Shown piece by piece: positions 1 through 8,720 of a stretch of 11,935 nt of DNA (positions are counted from its first letter, which is position 1; each line of letters opens with the position of its first letter). A program made the position numbers and the translations under genes. The DNA lies in the NCBI RefSeq assembly GCF_006345805.1, contig NW_021826756.1, positions 1 through 11,935 on the forward strand, given 5' to 3'. Under the pieces are notes generated by a model. The model was not told where the DNA came from. It saw only the letters and a program-made list of their open reading frames with translations, and did no database searches. This stretch comes from Octopus sinensis (lineage: Eukaryota).

Positions 1-309
1 TAGCAGTAGTAGTAGTAGTAAATATTGTTGTTGTATAGCGGTGGTGGTCGAGGTCGTTGTCGCCGTTCTGGTAGTGGTGGTTGTCGATAACGGTGAATCG
101 TAATGGCGACAATACGTAATGCATTAAAAAAAAAAGAAAAGAGAAAGTAAAAAAAAAGCAAACAGGAATAAAATGATGACAACAACAACAAGAGTAATAA
201 AAAAGAAAAAAGAAATAACTCTCTGAGTTCGGGACATAAAAGACTTTCACTTTTTGGTCGATCTGACTGTGAGCTTTCATGCCAAAGTCTGAGAAAAATC
301 ACTCCGCGA

Positions 310-362
310 GTGCCCCAGCATGGCTGCGGTTTAATGACTAAGACAAGTAGAAGATAAAAGAT
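310..362 (+). mobile_element. SINE 3' tail fragment (Octopus-type family 'A')
   Basis: GTGCCCCAGCATGGCTGCGGTTTAATGACTAAGACAAGTAGAAGATAAAAGA matches the reverse complement of 611-665 and the tail at ~2720-2790. Confidence 0.7.
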
Positions 363-454
363 ACTCGGTTTTGCGGTTTAGGAGGACGTTATTATATCAA
401 CACCAGACCTCCATTTGTACTGTTGTTAAACTGGGGGACAAAATTTTAAAAAAA

Positions 455-560
455 ATGAAACGCGACCTCAGTAGGTATCGAACTCAGAAGTGATTAAAAA
501 AAAATGCCGCATAGTATATTCTATGATGCTTTGCGCCGATTCTCTCTGTCGACAGCTTTG
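455..560 (-). mobile_element. Highly decayed tRNA-SINE fragment (family 'B')
   Basis: CGACCTCAGTAGGTATCGAACTCAGAA...AAATGCCGC aligns loosely with 7046-7091 and 6010-6060. Confidence 0.45.
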
Positions 561-610
561 CAAAAAAGAAAGACAGTTTCTAACGGAGACACAAAACCGT
601 AAATTTTAAT

Positions 611-840
611 ACTCTTTTACTCTTTTACTTGTTTCAGTCATTTGACTGTGGCCATGCTGGAGCACCGCCTTTAGTCGAGCAAATCGACCCCGGGACTTAT
701 TCTTTGTAAGCCTAGTACTTATTCTATCGGTCTCGCTTTTGCCGAACCGCTAGGTTACGGAGACGTAAACACACCAGCATCAGTTGTCAAGCGATGTTGA
801 GGGGACAAACACAGACACACAAAAATACACACACACACAC
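611..840 (-). mobile_element. SINE family 'A' 3' half (tail TAAAAGAG repeats, internal (TG)n)
   Basis: Reverse complement is colinear with 2560-2795 (GCTTGACA.CCG/GAT...TAGCGGTTCGG.AAAAG...ATAAGTAC...AGCATGGCCACA...AATGAC.GAAACA). Resembles an abundant Octopus SINE (recalled). Confidence 0.85.
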
Positions 841-895
841 AAAACCATATACATATATATTTTTTCACATATCCCCTTTGGGAACTGGAAAATGT

Positions 896-1312
896 GAAGG
901 CGCGTGGCTTAGTGGTTAGGGTGACGTAATCACCGTTGTAAGATCTTAGTTTCGCTTCCGGCGCTTAGCGGTGCATGGTGTTCTTGAGCAAAAGTTCACT
1001 CAGCTGTATGTGAGTGATCCCCACGACGGGATGCGGCATCAGTTTGAGGTGGGATTTGTGATCTCGGTTACTCATATGCCAGGGAAACCGAGTATCCGGC
1101 CCTACGAATCCTATTTATGCCTGTGTATGGTCGAAAAAAACATACTAGCCAAGTACTGGCTCGATGTAATAGACTCGTCCACTCCCCTCAATAATTACTG
1201 GTCCTGAACCCTGCAAAGGACCGGCGTCCGATTCAAGGGAATGGTGTGATCTCACTGACTTGTAGCCATAGAAACCGGGCAACCTATGAGGACTAAGGGT
1301 AAAAAAATAATA
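896..1312 (+). mobile_element. tRNA-derived SINE, mosaic family 'C'
   Basis: Pol III A box TGGCTTAGTGG 905-915, degenerate B box GTTTCGCTTCC 949-959, CORE-like GTGTTCTTGAGCAA ~978-991. The 3' module CTGCAAAGGACCGGCGTCC...GCCATAGAAACCGGG is shared with the SINE at 4644-4943. A-rich tail. Confidence 0.7.
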
Positions 1313-1334
1313 AAATATAAATAGAAAAATACAA

Positions 1335-1601
<267 letters not shown>

Positions 1602-2400
1602 ATGAGTAAATAGTCCTCTAAATTACGCAAAAATGAAAATAACACTCACGACTCATTTTAACAAATATATTTACCAAAATTACATGAAAATATCTTGAAA
1701 TACTAAAAAGTCAATTTATTCAATAAAATCACCATTGGCTTCAACCACGGTCTCCAGACGACTTCGGAATCTCATGCAGCATTCTGGACAGTCTCCTTGT
1801 TTAAGTTGGTGAATGCTGCCAAAATCCTTGCCTTTAGTTAATCTTGGGTGTTAAAAAGATTTGTTGGTCTCTCGCTCAACTGAGCCCTCTTATATGATAA
1901 TCAAGGGGGTTGCATTCTGGCGACTTAGGTGGCCAGATTTTAGGGGTGACGTGGTTGCAGAAATTGTCTGAGAACCATAACTGGGTTCTCCTGCTCGTGT
2001 GGCATGGTCCAGAGTTCTGTTGCCTGACTCAGGGTCTTCCAGCAGCCACCCTCTTGACACATAACACGGTCTTTCCCTTGTCTTTGATGGCTTGGGATAA
2101 AAATTGGCCCTTTCTCATCTTGTATAAGGAATACCGAATGTCTTCATGCCCTACCTGCCTGATAAGAAACTCAGATACTCCCTTGTCCCTGGCGATGGAC
2201 CTAATTGACTTGGGGGGGATCATTGTCAAGAATGACCTGGATTTCACCAGCAAATTCAGGAGTTATTTTCTCATCAGAATGATCGGAGTGCGTCTTCCGA
2301 GCTGCCATAACTTCGTAACTACTATTACACTCATCCAACTCTTTTCGAATCCTCTGCATTGTCCTCAGATTGACACCCAAACACTCTGAAATGTTCATAT
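1602..2400 (-). mobile_element. Tc1/mariner DD37D (maT-like) transposon relic, internally deleted and frameshifted
   Basis: Minus-strand translation gives N-terminal HTH-like segments (ISECLGVNLRTMQRIRKEL; SIRSIARDKGVSEFLIRQV). It continues VAAGRP*VRQQNSGPCHTSRRTQLWFSDNFCNHVTPKIWPPKSPECNPLDY, with 37 residues between the QQ[D>N] and PLD positions. The C-terminus RFRSRLETVVEANGDFIE* ends at 1716-1718. The left end abuts (TA)n. Confidence 0.88.
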
Positions 2401-2409
2401 TGCAGCTTC

Positions 2410-2795
2410 CGTCGCGAATACCAGTCGCTATGAGGTACCTTAGGAAAGTAACTACTGTTATAGCCCTGAGTCAATCAAAGCCTAGTGAGAGGATTTGGTA
2501 GGCAGAAACTAAAAGAAGCTCGTTATGTATGTATGTATGCACACACATACACACACACGTGTGTGTGTGTGTGTGTTTGTTTGTTCCTCATCAATGCTTG
2601 ACAGCCGGCATTGATGCATCCTAGTAATTTAGCGGTTCGGTAAAAGGCACCAATGAAATAAGTACCATGTTTAAAAACTAAGTGTTGGGATTGATTCGTT
2701 GTACCCAAACCCTCCAAGACGGCCCTTTAGCATGGCCACAATCCAATGACCGAAACATAAAAAAATAAGAATAAAAAAAACATAAGAAATAGAGA
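2410..2795 (+). mobile_element. SINE family 'A' copy, diverged, with internal microsatellite
   Basis: ACCTTAGGAAAGT...TATAGCC...AAAGCCTAGTGAGAGGATTTGGTAGGCAGAAACTAAAAGAAGCTCGT, then (TATG)/(CA)/(TG), then a 3' half homologous to 611-840 and an A-rich tail. Confidence 0.8.
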
Positions 2796-3340
2796 TAACG
2801 TAGCGCTGCGGACGACTGGTCAAATTTCAGTATTTCCAGTTCCGGCCGGTTCTGCAGGCCGGAACTTCTCATAGATTTCATTTATTTTCCTTCCTTTTTA
2901 TATTTCGAAAAACTGAAACTGTAAAAAGACGAGCGAATCGATATACCACAGAGCAAGGCAATAACGATATCAAGTACATATTACAGGGATACGACTGATA
3001 CTAATCTCGACGCCTCCAGAGATTAAATAAAAAATGGCAACAACGATATCATTGATCTTTTTGTTATGTTATCTTTTCAAGAGAGACGACGTTTAGGAGA
3101 AGCACAAAGGTAACACCACCATAGTATATCTCATACCTTTTTATTCCTTTATTCACAGACTTATTTACGTATTTATTGAATAACCGAAGTTCAGGAAGAC
3201 AGTCTATAATTGACTTCCCACCCACCTCACATCTCTCGCCATTTTCTTCATTTTTTTTCTTCTTTTATATATTTCCTTCTTTCTTATTTTCGTACAAAGT
3301 TTCATTCTTTCCTTCCTTTTTACGTATTTTTGCCCTCACC

Positions 3341-3391
3341 TCTACTACTACTACTACCACTACTGTTACTACTACTACTACTACTATTACT
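3341..3391. repeat. (ACT)n microsatellite
   Basis: Directly visible. Confidence 0.95.
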
Positions 3392-3684
3392 GTATAAACA
3401 GACACACGCTACTTTCCTCTGTGTAATCAGACGACTGAGACGGTTTCGCGACAGAGCTGCTTAGAAGAAGCATCAACTCTATTCTAGACGCTTTCTAACC
3501 GTGGCACTTCTTACCATTTTGCTTTGAACTACGTGCTTTCCTAAACCTTCCATAGCAACTTACACTCGGCGTGGAATGATTTGCTTGCTTTCTGCTAATG
3601 TATGCCTATATGTATATACACTCACAAACATACAAAGAAAAAGATAAAAAAAAAGAAAACAAAAAATACACTTATGCACAAATA

Positions 3685-3740
3685 CGTGTGTGTGAGTAAG
3701 TGTATATAAGTATATATAAATATATGTATATATATATATG

Positions 3741-3792
<52 letters not shown>

Positions 3793-4054
3793 TATATATA
3801 TATGTGTGTATATATGTGTATATATATATATATATACACACACAGATAGATAGATACATATATATATATAATATATACATTCACACGCATCATATATAGA
3901 TCCCACAGACACACATACACACACACAATTATGTGTACATATAGATTTAGAACTATATAAAGTAAACGTTATATTATATATATACATACATATATATATA
4001 TATATATATCATATATATATATATATATATATAATATATATATATATGTGTGTA

Positions 4055-4087
<33 letters not shown>

Positions 4088-4475
4088 GTAAGCATATATA
4101 TATATGTAAATATATATATATCATATATATATGTGTATGTATTTGTGTGTATGTCTGTCTATGTACATATATATGTGTGTGTGTGTATGTATAAGTATAT
4201 ATATATATGTGTTTGTATAAAGATATAAATTTATGTGTATGTATGCGTGTGTATATATACATACACTCATATATATATGTATGTATTTATATATGCATGC
4301 ACACAATCACACACATATATACTTGCAAATATACATACATATATTCATATGCACACATCACCGACCTTTCTACACAGTTACATTTTATATATGTATGTGT
4401 TTATATGAGTATGTGCATGCGTGTGCGTGCGTATATTTATGTACATATCTGTACGGCCATATATAAATATATGTG
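3685..4475. repeat. Long degenerate (TA)n/(TG)n/(CA)n compound microsatellite
   Basis: Directly visible; source of the many YI/CV-rich spurious ORFs. Confidence 0.95.
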
Positions 4476-4643
4476 CAAGGTGTAAGCAGGTGTGTAGATA
4501 TTTCGAGAGACACAGTGATAAGAAGATGAATGTATATAAAAATATTATTTACTGTTGCATAATGTTACAGACCAAACAGTACGTTGAACATTCAGTTAAA
4601 TGTTTCTATCTAGCGTGTAATATTATTTTCTTTATTTAGTAAT

Positions 4644-4943
4644 TATTTCTTATTTATCTATGCGTTCATGGGCCTAGTTTCCCGGTTTCTATGGCGTATG
4701 CGTTCCCCCCAAGTGGACGGGACGCCAGTCCATCGCAGTGTTACTCAAGAAACAGGGAGAAAGAGTGAGAGAAAGTTGGGGCGAAAGAGTACAACAGGGG
4801 TCGCCACTACCCCTTGTCGGAGCCTCGTGGGCCTTTAGGTGTTTTCACTCAATAAACACACACAACGCCCGGTCAGGGAATCGAAACTGCGTTCCTCCGA
4901 CCGTGCGTCCGCTGCCCTGACCACTGGGCCATTGCGCCTCAAC
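4644..4943 (-). mobile_element. Full-length tRNA-derived SINE with 12-bp TSD
   Basis: Minus strand: A box TGGCCCAGTGG (4921-4931), B box GTTTCGATTCC (4877-4887), 3' module CTGCGATGGACTGGCGTCCCGTCCA...GCCATAGAAACCGGG, A-rich tail. Direct repeat TTATTTAGTAAT at 4632-4643 and 4944-4955. Confidence 0.92.
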
Positions 4944-4974
4944 TTATTTAGTAATAACTGAGATCAAATCGGGT

Positions 4975-5062
4975 ACGTACTCATTTGAACTCAGACTGCA
5001 GAGCCGGAACAAACAAGGTATTTTGTGCTACACTCTGATGATTCTACCAATCTTTCGCCTTT
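4975..5062 (-). mobile_element. Decayed tRNA-SINE head (family 'B'-like)
   Basis: ATTTGAACTCAGA (B box GAGTTCAAAT on minus) ... GATTCTACCAATCTTTCGCCT resembles 6023-6091. Confidence 0.5.
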
Positions 5063-5098
5063 TAGAGTTCATAGTCTTTACCGTGACTGCCGAATCCG

Positions 5099-5115
5099 TA
5101 ATAATAATAATAATA

Positions 5116-5154
<39 letters not shown>
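5099..5154. repeat. (TAA)n microsatellite
   Basis: Directly visible. Confidence 0.95.
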
Positions 5155-5155
<1 letters not shown>

Positions 5156-5346
5156 TTCTTAGAATAAAAAGGATGTTTACATTTTCAAATACTCAGGGAT
5201 AAAGGAAAGGATAGGTATTCACAGAAGTTGTAGATATTAAAGTTTAAAAAAAAATTAAGATGATCGTTTGTGTGTTCGGAAATTGTAGATATGTAAGTTT
5301 CCTAACTTATTTTGAGGGAGATTTAAAATACTCACAGGAAATTGTA

Positions 5347-5874
5347 GATCACATACCCGAAGGCATCATCGAAAATGATAATGTAAAGATCCTGTGGGAT
5401 TTTATGATTCAGCGCGACCATGAGTTAGAGAATAGGAAGCCAGACATAGTCTTAATTGAGAAAGAAAGCAAACGATGCTGGATCATAGATATAGCATGCC
5501 TAGCTGACAAGGTATGTGATAAGGAAGAAAGAAAAGTCGATAGATATGACAGGTTAGCTTGGGAAGTTAAGCAGTTGTGGTCGATGAAAAAGGTAGCAGC
5601 AGTACCAATAATTCTCGGAGCCCTAGGAACAGTGAACAAAAATCTCGAGAAGCACGTGAAACAAATAGGGGCTGCAATAAAGGTAGAGCACTTGCAGAAA
5701 ACAGCACTACTTGGAATCGCTCGAATACTCCGGAAGGTGCTCGAAAAATAAGACGAGGTAACCTTAGTTCACTGGTAGCGAAGAGCTGACACCGTAGTAT
5801 ATCTTCAGCGTTAGAAGCTGTGCAAAGGCAATAATAATAATAATAATATTAATAATAATAATAACAATAATAAC

Positions 5875-5910
<36 letters not shown>
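5347..5910 (+). mobile_element. 5'-truncated R4/Dong-like non-LTR retrotransposon: RLE endonuclease C-terminus (stop at 5751), 3' UTR, (TAA)n tail 5829-5910
   Basis: Open frame ENDNVKILWDFMIQRDHELENRKPDIVLIEKESKRCWIIDIA...KEERKVDRY...VPIILGALG...LQKTALLGIARILRKVL is a PD-(D/E)xK restriction-like endonuclease typical of R4/Dong. The first ~29 aa of ORF 5260 are flanking DNA. Confidence 0.9.
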
Positions 5911-6091
5911 CACAAGACCTGAAATTTTGGAGTAGGGACTAGTCGATTGCATCTACCGCAGTACTCAAGTGGTACTTATTTTACTGACGCCAAGAGGATG
6001 AAAGGCAAAGCTAACCTAGGCAGAATTTGAACTCAGAACGTAAGGCCAGAAGAAATGCTGCCAGACATTTTTTCCGGCATGCTAACGATTA
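5911..6091 (-). mobile_element. tRNA-SINE family 'B' copy
   Basis: CACAAGACCTGAAATTTTGG...AGTCGATTGCATC...GGTACTTATTTT...GGATGAAAGGCAAAG...GAATTTGAACTCAGAACGTA. Minus-strand B box GAGTTCAAATTC 6023-6034. Homologous to 6950-7122 and 7132-7269. Confidence 0.85.
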
Positions 6092-6092
6092 T

Positions 6093-6133
<41 letters not shown>

Positions 6134-6155
6134 TACTACTACTATTACTACTACT
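6091..6155. repeat. (ACT)n microsatellite
   Basis: Directly visible. Confidence 0.95.
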
Positions 6156-6264
6156 GATAATTTAGCCAACAGCTAAATTCTTCTTTCTTACATGTACCTC
6201 ATTTAGTATCCTGCTGTCAAGATACATCAGATCAGCAGTCACCCTTGAATCCGAAGGAAGGGAT

Positions 6265-6910
6265 ACGAAAGTATTAATCATCTAGCAATAAGCTAACATG
6301 AAAAGAGTATAAATGTAGACATAACTCTGCGGGTAAAAGAGTGGATTGGGATGTTAGCCGAATGTGTGACATAGAGATAACAAGAAATTGGTATGAGCAC
6401 GAATCATAAAATAAGAATTATAAAATTTTATAGGACTTCTCCAGGAAGACTGACCATGGTTTTCAAACAAGTAGACGAGATATGACTAGAGAGGGCAAAA
6501 TAGAACACAGTGTAAGATCATAAACTTTTCAACATCATACCAACGAAATTGAAACAATTGAGAAATAAGAGGTTTTAGCAAGATAATTAAAGAGGGTAAC
6601 TTTTCTGACACCTCTCGGCGGACACATAGCTCACCGCTGTAATTCGGAAAGGATCGATGGGCCACGCTTTTGCGGTCCGTATTCGTACTGAAAATCGAGA
6701 TCGAGCGAGCTTTTGCCCTTTTGCTCGACGTGTGGTTTCCGTCTATGACAACAATTATTCCTGTGATAATTGGTGCACTTGGCACAACACCAAAAATGAA
6801 AGAGTGTAAAATGGAAGCTCGCATTGTTGACGTTGAGAAAAGAACCAGCCTATATTCTGTAAGAATCCTTAGAAAGGTTCTTGAGATTTGGGGAGGCTTG
6901 TTGTCACCAA
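6265..6910 (+). mobile_element. Old R4/Dong-like LINE 3' fragment (zinc-knuckle remnant plus RLE), interrupted by an rRNA fragment
   Basis: Broken frames: ESINHL..NKLT*KEYKCRHNSAGKRVDWDVSRMCDIEITRNWYEHES*NKNYKIL*DFSRKTDHGFQTSRRDM ... IEK*EVLAR*LKR [insert] MTTIIPVIIGALG...RILRKVLEI. Colinear with the 5347-5751 protein. Confidence 0.82.
6595..6743 (-). rRNA. 28S (LSU) rRNA fragment, dispersed pseudogenic copy
   Basis: Reverse complement reads GACGGAAACCACACGTCGAGCAAAAGGGCAAAAGCTCGCTCGATCTCGATTTTCAGTACGAATACGGACCGCAAAAGCGTGGCCCATCGATCCTT...AGAGGTGTCAGAAAAGTTACC. This matches conserved eukaryotic LSU domain V motifs (AAGGGCAAAAGCTCGCTTGATCTTGATTTTCAGTACGAATAC; GAGGTGTCAGAAAAGTTACC). Confidence 0.92.
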
Positions 6911-6949
6911 ATCCCAAGATAACATTCCTGCTAATTAAAGTAGGATGTA

Positions 6950-7122
6950 ATAGGCCTAAAATTGAAGGGTGGGATAGTCGATTACATCGATCCCGATGCT
7001 CAACTTGTATAAATTTTATCGGCCCCGAAAAGATAAAAGGCAAAGTCGACCTCGGCGGAATTCAAAACGTAGGGACGGACGAAATGCCGCTAAACACTTT
7101 GTCCCTTGTGCCCTAACAGTTA
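6950..7122 (-). mobile_element. tRNA-SINE family 'B' copy
   Basis: AGTCGATTACATCGA...CCCCGAAAAGATAAAAGGCAAAGTCGACCTCGGCGGAATT...GACGGACGAAATGCCGCTAA; homologous to 5911-6091. Confidence 0.85.
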
Positions 7123-7131
7123 TAGTCATAA

Positions 7132-7269
7132 TTCTTTCTAATAAAGGCACAAGGTTTGAAATTTGGGGTGGGGGTTGCTAGCCGATTATATTGATCCAAG
7201 TTCTTGATTGCACTTACTCAATCGACTCCGAAAAGATGAAAGACAAAGTCAACCTCGGCGAAATTTGAA
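7132..7269 (-). mobile_element. tRNA-SINE family 'B' copy (head truncated), tandem to the previous copy
   Basis: TTTCTAATAAAGGCACAAGGTTTGAAATTTGGGG...CCGAAAAGATGAAAGACAAAGTCAACCTCGGCGAAATTTGAA. Confidence 0.8.
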
Positions 7270-7619
7270 AAATAGCAATAGTAATAATAAATCCTATTTG
7301 TAAACACAGTAGTGTGCACACAAGTAGGCGTGATAACCCAATATAATAATTGAAAGAAATGAAGCAGGGATGCTCTCAGCTTGGTTGGTTCGTTTCACCA
7401 CACTGGTTATCGGTAGTTTTACTTTGGCAAAAATTCAATTCACTTCGTTATAAATATTTACAGCGGGCACCAAACACAATTTTAATTTGTGCCAAAACTA
7501 AAATCGTTATAATTTTTTTTTACACTTAGCGTAAACTTATTTGTTATACAGTTTTCTTACAGAAAATTAAAAATAATGATTTCAAGAATCTTGTAGGATA
7601 CTTTTTTTTTGGTAGGATA

Positions 7620-7773
7620 TTTTCTTTTCTTGAGCCCTAGTATTCATAAGGCCAGTTTTGTATTCGTGACCGAAATCACAGCATTGGCCTTGAATGAGAC
7701 GTCGGTCTGTTGTAAGGTTCAAAATCAGCCATTTTATGAAGTTACAAGTCGATTACATCGATACCAGTACTTG
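7620..7773 (-). mobile_element. SINE family 'C' 3' fragment
   Basis: Reverse complement CAAGTACTGGTATCGATGTAATCGACT...GAACCTTACAACAGACCGACGTCTCATTCAAGGCCAATGCTGTGAT is colinear with 1150-1310. Confidence 0.7.
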
Positions 7774-7802
7774 ATACAATCATACACACAAGCATACGCG
7801 CA

Positions 7803-7934
7803 TACAAATTCACATTTATACGAATAGTAACTGGTGCACTTGATTTTGTTGGTATATGCCTTAAAGAAAATCTGGAAAAGCTAGGGTTTTCAGAAAAAGA
7901 AATCAACCAGCTAACACGCTCACCACGAATACAA
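7803..7934 (+). mobile_element. Third RLE-type LINE C-terminal fragment (different family)
   Basis: Translation YKFTFIRIVTGALDFVGICLKENLEKLGFSEKEINQLTRSPRIQ parallels the PII.GALG...LEKL RLE C-terminal motif of the other two fragments. Confidence 0.6.
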
Positions 7935-8214
7935 TGTGATTCGTTGAAAAGTCAGAGGTTGTGGTATTTCATCTGGAAAAATTCCTTTATAGACTTATTG
8001 TGTTAAAAAACACAACATACTTCAGAAATCGGCGAAAAGAAATCGTCACGGAGACAACGGCGAGAGCAACATATATGTATTTCGTCGTGGTTACGGCTTG
8101 TCAGTGTCACATATTTATTAATAGGTAAAATGGGGTAATAGGGAGTTTCCTATCGCGTACGTTCATAGATATATAAAATGAATTGTTTCTAATCTTTATC
8201 TTGTGTCGCATTTC

Positions 8215-8720
8215 AGCATAAGGCCATATTTCTTCACGGTGGATACAATCTATCAAATTTCCCAGTAATTAGCAGTTGAGCGATACTTATTTTCATAGAT
8301 TTTGGAATGATGAGAGACTTCACCAATGGAGAAGTTCTTAAGCAGATCAGGCCGAAAATGTCGCTAGAAGCTAGGATCACCAAGCATAGATTGGCATATT
8401 TCGGTCATATTATGCGGAAAAAATCCCTGGAGAAGGACATCATGCTCGGAATGGTCAGTGGCAAGAGAGGAAGAGGCCGACCAAGAACCCGCTGGCTTGA
8501 CACCATCAAGAGTGATACCGGAATGGACATAGCCAATCTGACAGAAGCGGCTCAGGATAGAACTGACTGGAGGACACTAATCAAACGAGTAACCGAGAGT
8601 CGACTTCGACTGAGCGGATAGATAGATAGAGAGACAAGGATCAACAAAAATTGGACTCAAAACATACAGGAATGTTACAAAGTAACAAAGCACATTTTGT
8701 TCCATTCTCTATTCTCTTAA
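8215..8720 (-). mobile_element. Old family-'B'-like SINE split by the RTE insertion
   Basis: Joining the flanks gives GATACTTATTTTCATAGATTTTGGAATGATGAGAGACAAGGATCAAC...AATTGGACTCAAAACATA, which parallels GGTACTTATTTT...GGATGAAAGGCAAAG...AATTTGAACTCAGAACGTA. Confidence 0.55.
8319..8628 (+). mobile_element. 5'-truncated RTE-clade (BovB-like) LINE 3' end
   Basis: TNGEVLKQI...RLAYFGHIMRKKSLEKDIMLGMVSGKRGRGRPRTRWLD...AAQDRTDWR...VTESRLRLSG* is the typical RTE post-RT C-terminus. Short (GATA)n tail; candidate TSD GAGAGAC 8312-8318 / 8629-8635. Confidence 0.9.

Noticed and set aside
896-965. tRNA gene (also 4870-4940)
   Set aside because: A and B boxes are present, but there is no acceptor stem or cloverleaf and both continue into SINE bodies.
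1910-2389. 159-aa plus-strand ORF
   Set aside because: Antisense shadow of the minus-strand transposase relic; no recognisable motifs.
3110-3158. Plus-strand GTAACA...TTCACAG mini-intron
   Set aside because: Only 49 nt, with no coherent coding frame on either side.
5035-5041. CTGATGA motif
   Set aside because: Lies in a decayed SINE with no GAAA or stems following.
5216-5349. Spaced ...TTGTAGAT repeats resembling Cas12a CRISPR repeat ends
   Set aside because: Eukaryotic context, only 2-3 degenerate copies, no TCTAC stem partner and no cas genes.
6595-6743. Functional rDNA unit or native R4 target site
   Set aside because: Isolated 149-bp piece, antisense to and inside the LINE; it is not the canonical R1/R2/R4 insertion region.
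6486-7116. 185-aa (minus) and 148-aa (plus) ORFs
   Set aside because: They run across rRNA, LINE and SINE pieces; only the PVIIGALG...ILRKVL part is real and it is LINE-derived.
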